From Eledone cirrhosa (taxonomy: Eukaryota), in the NCBI GenBank assembly GCA_964016885.1, contig OZ024752.1, positions 18,538,001-18,602,000 on the forward strand: a stretch of 64,000 bases of DNA, written 5' to 3'. The position numbers and the translations under genes were made by a program. This document shows positions 62,501-64,000 of this stretch, in pieces; position 1 is the first letter of the stretch; the number at the start of each line of letters is the position of its first letter. Under the pieces are notes generated by a model. That model did no database searches. It saw nothing but the letters and a program-made list of their open reading frames with translations, and was not told where the DNA came from.

Positions 62501-64000
62501 GTGTAGAAGTAGGTGAAAGACTAGTTGTGTGGTCATTGTGGTGTAGAAGCAGGTGAAAGACTAGTTGTGTGGTCACTGTGGCGTAGAATGTAGGTGAAAG
62601 ACTAGTTGTGTGGTCACTGTGGTGTAGAATGTAGGTGAAAGACTAGTTGTGTGGTCACTGTGGTGTAGAAGTAGGTGAAAGACTAGTTGTGTGGTCACTG
62701 TGGTGTAGAAGTAGGTGAAAGACTAGTTGTGTGGTCACTGTGGTGTAGAATGTAGGTGAAAGACTAGTTGTGTGGTCATTGTGGTGTAGAATGTAGGTGA
62801 AAGACTAGTTTTGTGGTCACTGTGGTGTAGAAGTAGGTGAAAGACTAGTTGTGTGGTCATTGTGGTGTAGAAGTAGGTGAAAGACTCGTTGTGTGGTCAC
62901 TGTGGCGTAGAATGTAGGTGAAAGACTAGTTGTGTGGTCATTGTGGTGTAGAATATAGGTGAAAGACTAGTTGTGTGGTCATTGTAGTGTAGAATGTAGG
63001 TGAAAGACTAGTTGTGTGGTCACTGTGGTGTAGAATGTAGGTGAAAGACTAGTTGTGTGGTCACTGTGGTGTAGAATGTAGGTGAAAGACTAGTTGTGTG
63101 GTCATTGTGGTGTAGAATGTAGGTGAAAGACTAGTTGTGTGGTCACTGTGGTGTAGAAGTAGGTGAAAGACTAGTTGTGTGGTCATTGTGGTGTAGAAAT
63201 AGGTGAAAGTCTAGTTGTGTGGTCACTGTGGTGTAGAATGTAGGTGAATGACTAGTTGTGTGGTCACTGTGGTGTAGAATATAGGTGAAAGACTAGTTGT
63301 GTGGTCACTGTGGTGTAGAATGTAGGTGAAAGACTAGTTGTGTGGTCATTGTGGTGTAGAATGTAGGTGAAAGACTAGTTGTGTGGTCACTGTGGTGTAG
63401 AAGTAGGTGAAAGACTAGTTGTGTGGTCACTGTGGTGTAGAAGTAGGTGAAAGACTAGTTGAGTGGTCACTATGGTGTAGAATGTAGGTGAAAGACTAGT
63501 TGTGTGGTCATTGTGGTGTAGAAGTAGGTGAAAGACTAGTTGTGTAGTCACTGTGGTGTAGAATGTAGGTGAAAGACTAGTTGTGTGGTCACTGTGGTGT
63601 AGAATGTAGGTGAAAGACTAGTTGTGTGGTCACTGTGGTGTAGAATGTAGGTGAAAGACTAGTTGTGTGGTCACTGTGGTGTAGAATGTAGGTGAAAGAC
63701 TAGTTGTGTGGTCACTGTGGTGTAGAATGTAGGTGAAAGACTAGTTGTGTGGTCATTGTGGTGTAGAATGTAGGTGAAAGACTAGTTGTGTGGTCACTGT
63801 GGTGTAGAAGTAGGTGAAAGACTAGTTGTGTGGTCATTGTGGTGTAGAAGTAGGTGAAAGACTAGTTGTCTGGTCACTATGGTGTAGAATGTAGGTGAAA
63901 GACTAGTTGTGTGGTCACTGTGGTGTAGAATGTAGGTGAAAGACTAGTTGTGTGGTCACTGTGGTGTAGAAGTAGGTGAAAGACGTTGCGTGGTCACTGT
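56600..64000 (+). repeat. More diverged satellite domain with many private variants and no large recent duplication visible within the window
   Basis: Variants seen only here include ggttaaag 57361, gtcaatg ~58434, ggtctag ~58606, atgaagg ~58817, ggtgtaag ~59026/59634, gtggggtag 59701, gactatt ~59924, tttatctgaatagg ~60226, ggcgaa ~61495, ggaagac 61661, gactcg ~62883, gaatata ~62951/63277, gaatgactag ~63246, gagtgg 63461. Confidence 0.75.

Larger units (their letters stand above)
1..64000 (+). repeat. Tandem satellite DNA array, 40/41-bp monomer GGTCAYTGTGGTGTAGAA(T)GTAGGTGAAAGACTAGTTGTGT, about 1,580 head-to-tail copies, open at both window ends
   Basis: The monomer can be read directly from position 1 (ggtcactgtggcgtagaatgtaggtgaaagactagttgtgt, 41 bp) and continues without interruption to 64000. 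Two sites are commonly polymorphic: C/T at monomer position 6 and presence or absence of T after GTAGAA. No non-repeat sequence or reversed monomer was seen. Confidence 0.99.

Noticed and set aside
1-64000. CRISPR array (regular short repeat containing GAAAGAC, reminiscent of CRISPR repeat ends)
   Set aside because: There are no unique spacers, the monomers abut directly, and no leader or cas genes are present.
1-64000. Telomerase-synthesised telomere (G-rich strand; TGTGGTGTA resembles part of the Kluyveromyces lactis telomeric repeat)
   Set aside because: The 40/41-bp unit and the 64-kb extent exceed typical yeast telomeres. Rare variants are inherited in multi-kb blocks, which indicates DNA-level duplication rather than templating from a single RNA. 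A subtelomeric or recombination-maintained terminal location cannot be excluded from this window.
1-64000. G-quadruplex-forming array
   Set aside because: The consensus has only GG runs (three per monomer) with long loops and no GGG tracts, so canonical three-tier G4 motifs are absent.
1-64000. Deliberate information code in the C/T and plus/minus-T binary states, or a diversity-generating cassette system
   Set aside because: The patterns are explained by nested block duplications and deletions. No recombinase, reverse transcriptase or expression locus is present.
1-64000. Pure sequencing or assembly artefact (rolling-circle concatemer or collapsed repeat)
   Set aside because: Rare variants recur in consistent linked order and form nested series, and duplicate blocks carry private differences, which random error would not produce. 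Individual block copy numbers still need read validation.
1-64000. Embedded transposon, inversion, tRNA/rRNA or promoter
   Set aside because: I saw no departure from the monomer longer than about 10 bp and no reverse-orientation monomer (ACACAACTAGTCTTTCACC) on the plus strand.

Overview
All 64 kb is one uninterrupted, single-orientation tandem satellite of about 1,580 monomers. The consensus is GGTCA[C/T]TGTGGTGTAGAA[T/-]GTAGGTGAAAGACTAGTTGTGT (41 bp, with a common 40-bp variant; about 44% GC; G-rich plus strand; one SpeI ACTAGT site per monomer). I found no credible genes, RNAs, transposons, CRISPR spacers or inversions, and every listed ORF is a translation of the repeat. The informative structure lies in rare monomer variants. 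They define irregular higher-order repeats and nested tandem duplications with offsets of 123, 486, 1294, 3649, about 5188-5229, 5643 and 8274 bp. Several independent markers gain mutations stepwise from the right end (older-looking, more diverged) to the left, and rare CpG variants decay to CpA. The picture fits a eukaryotic heterochromatic satellite (centromeric, pericentromeric or subtelomeric). I do not recognise the family or organism. All comparisons were made by eye, so duplication boundaries are approximate to about one or two monomers.
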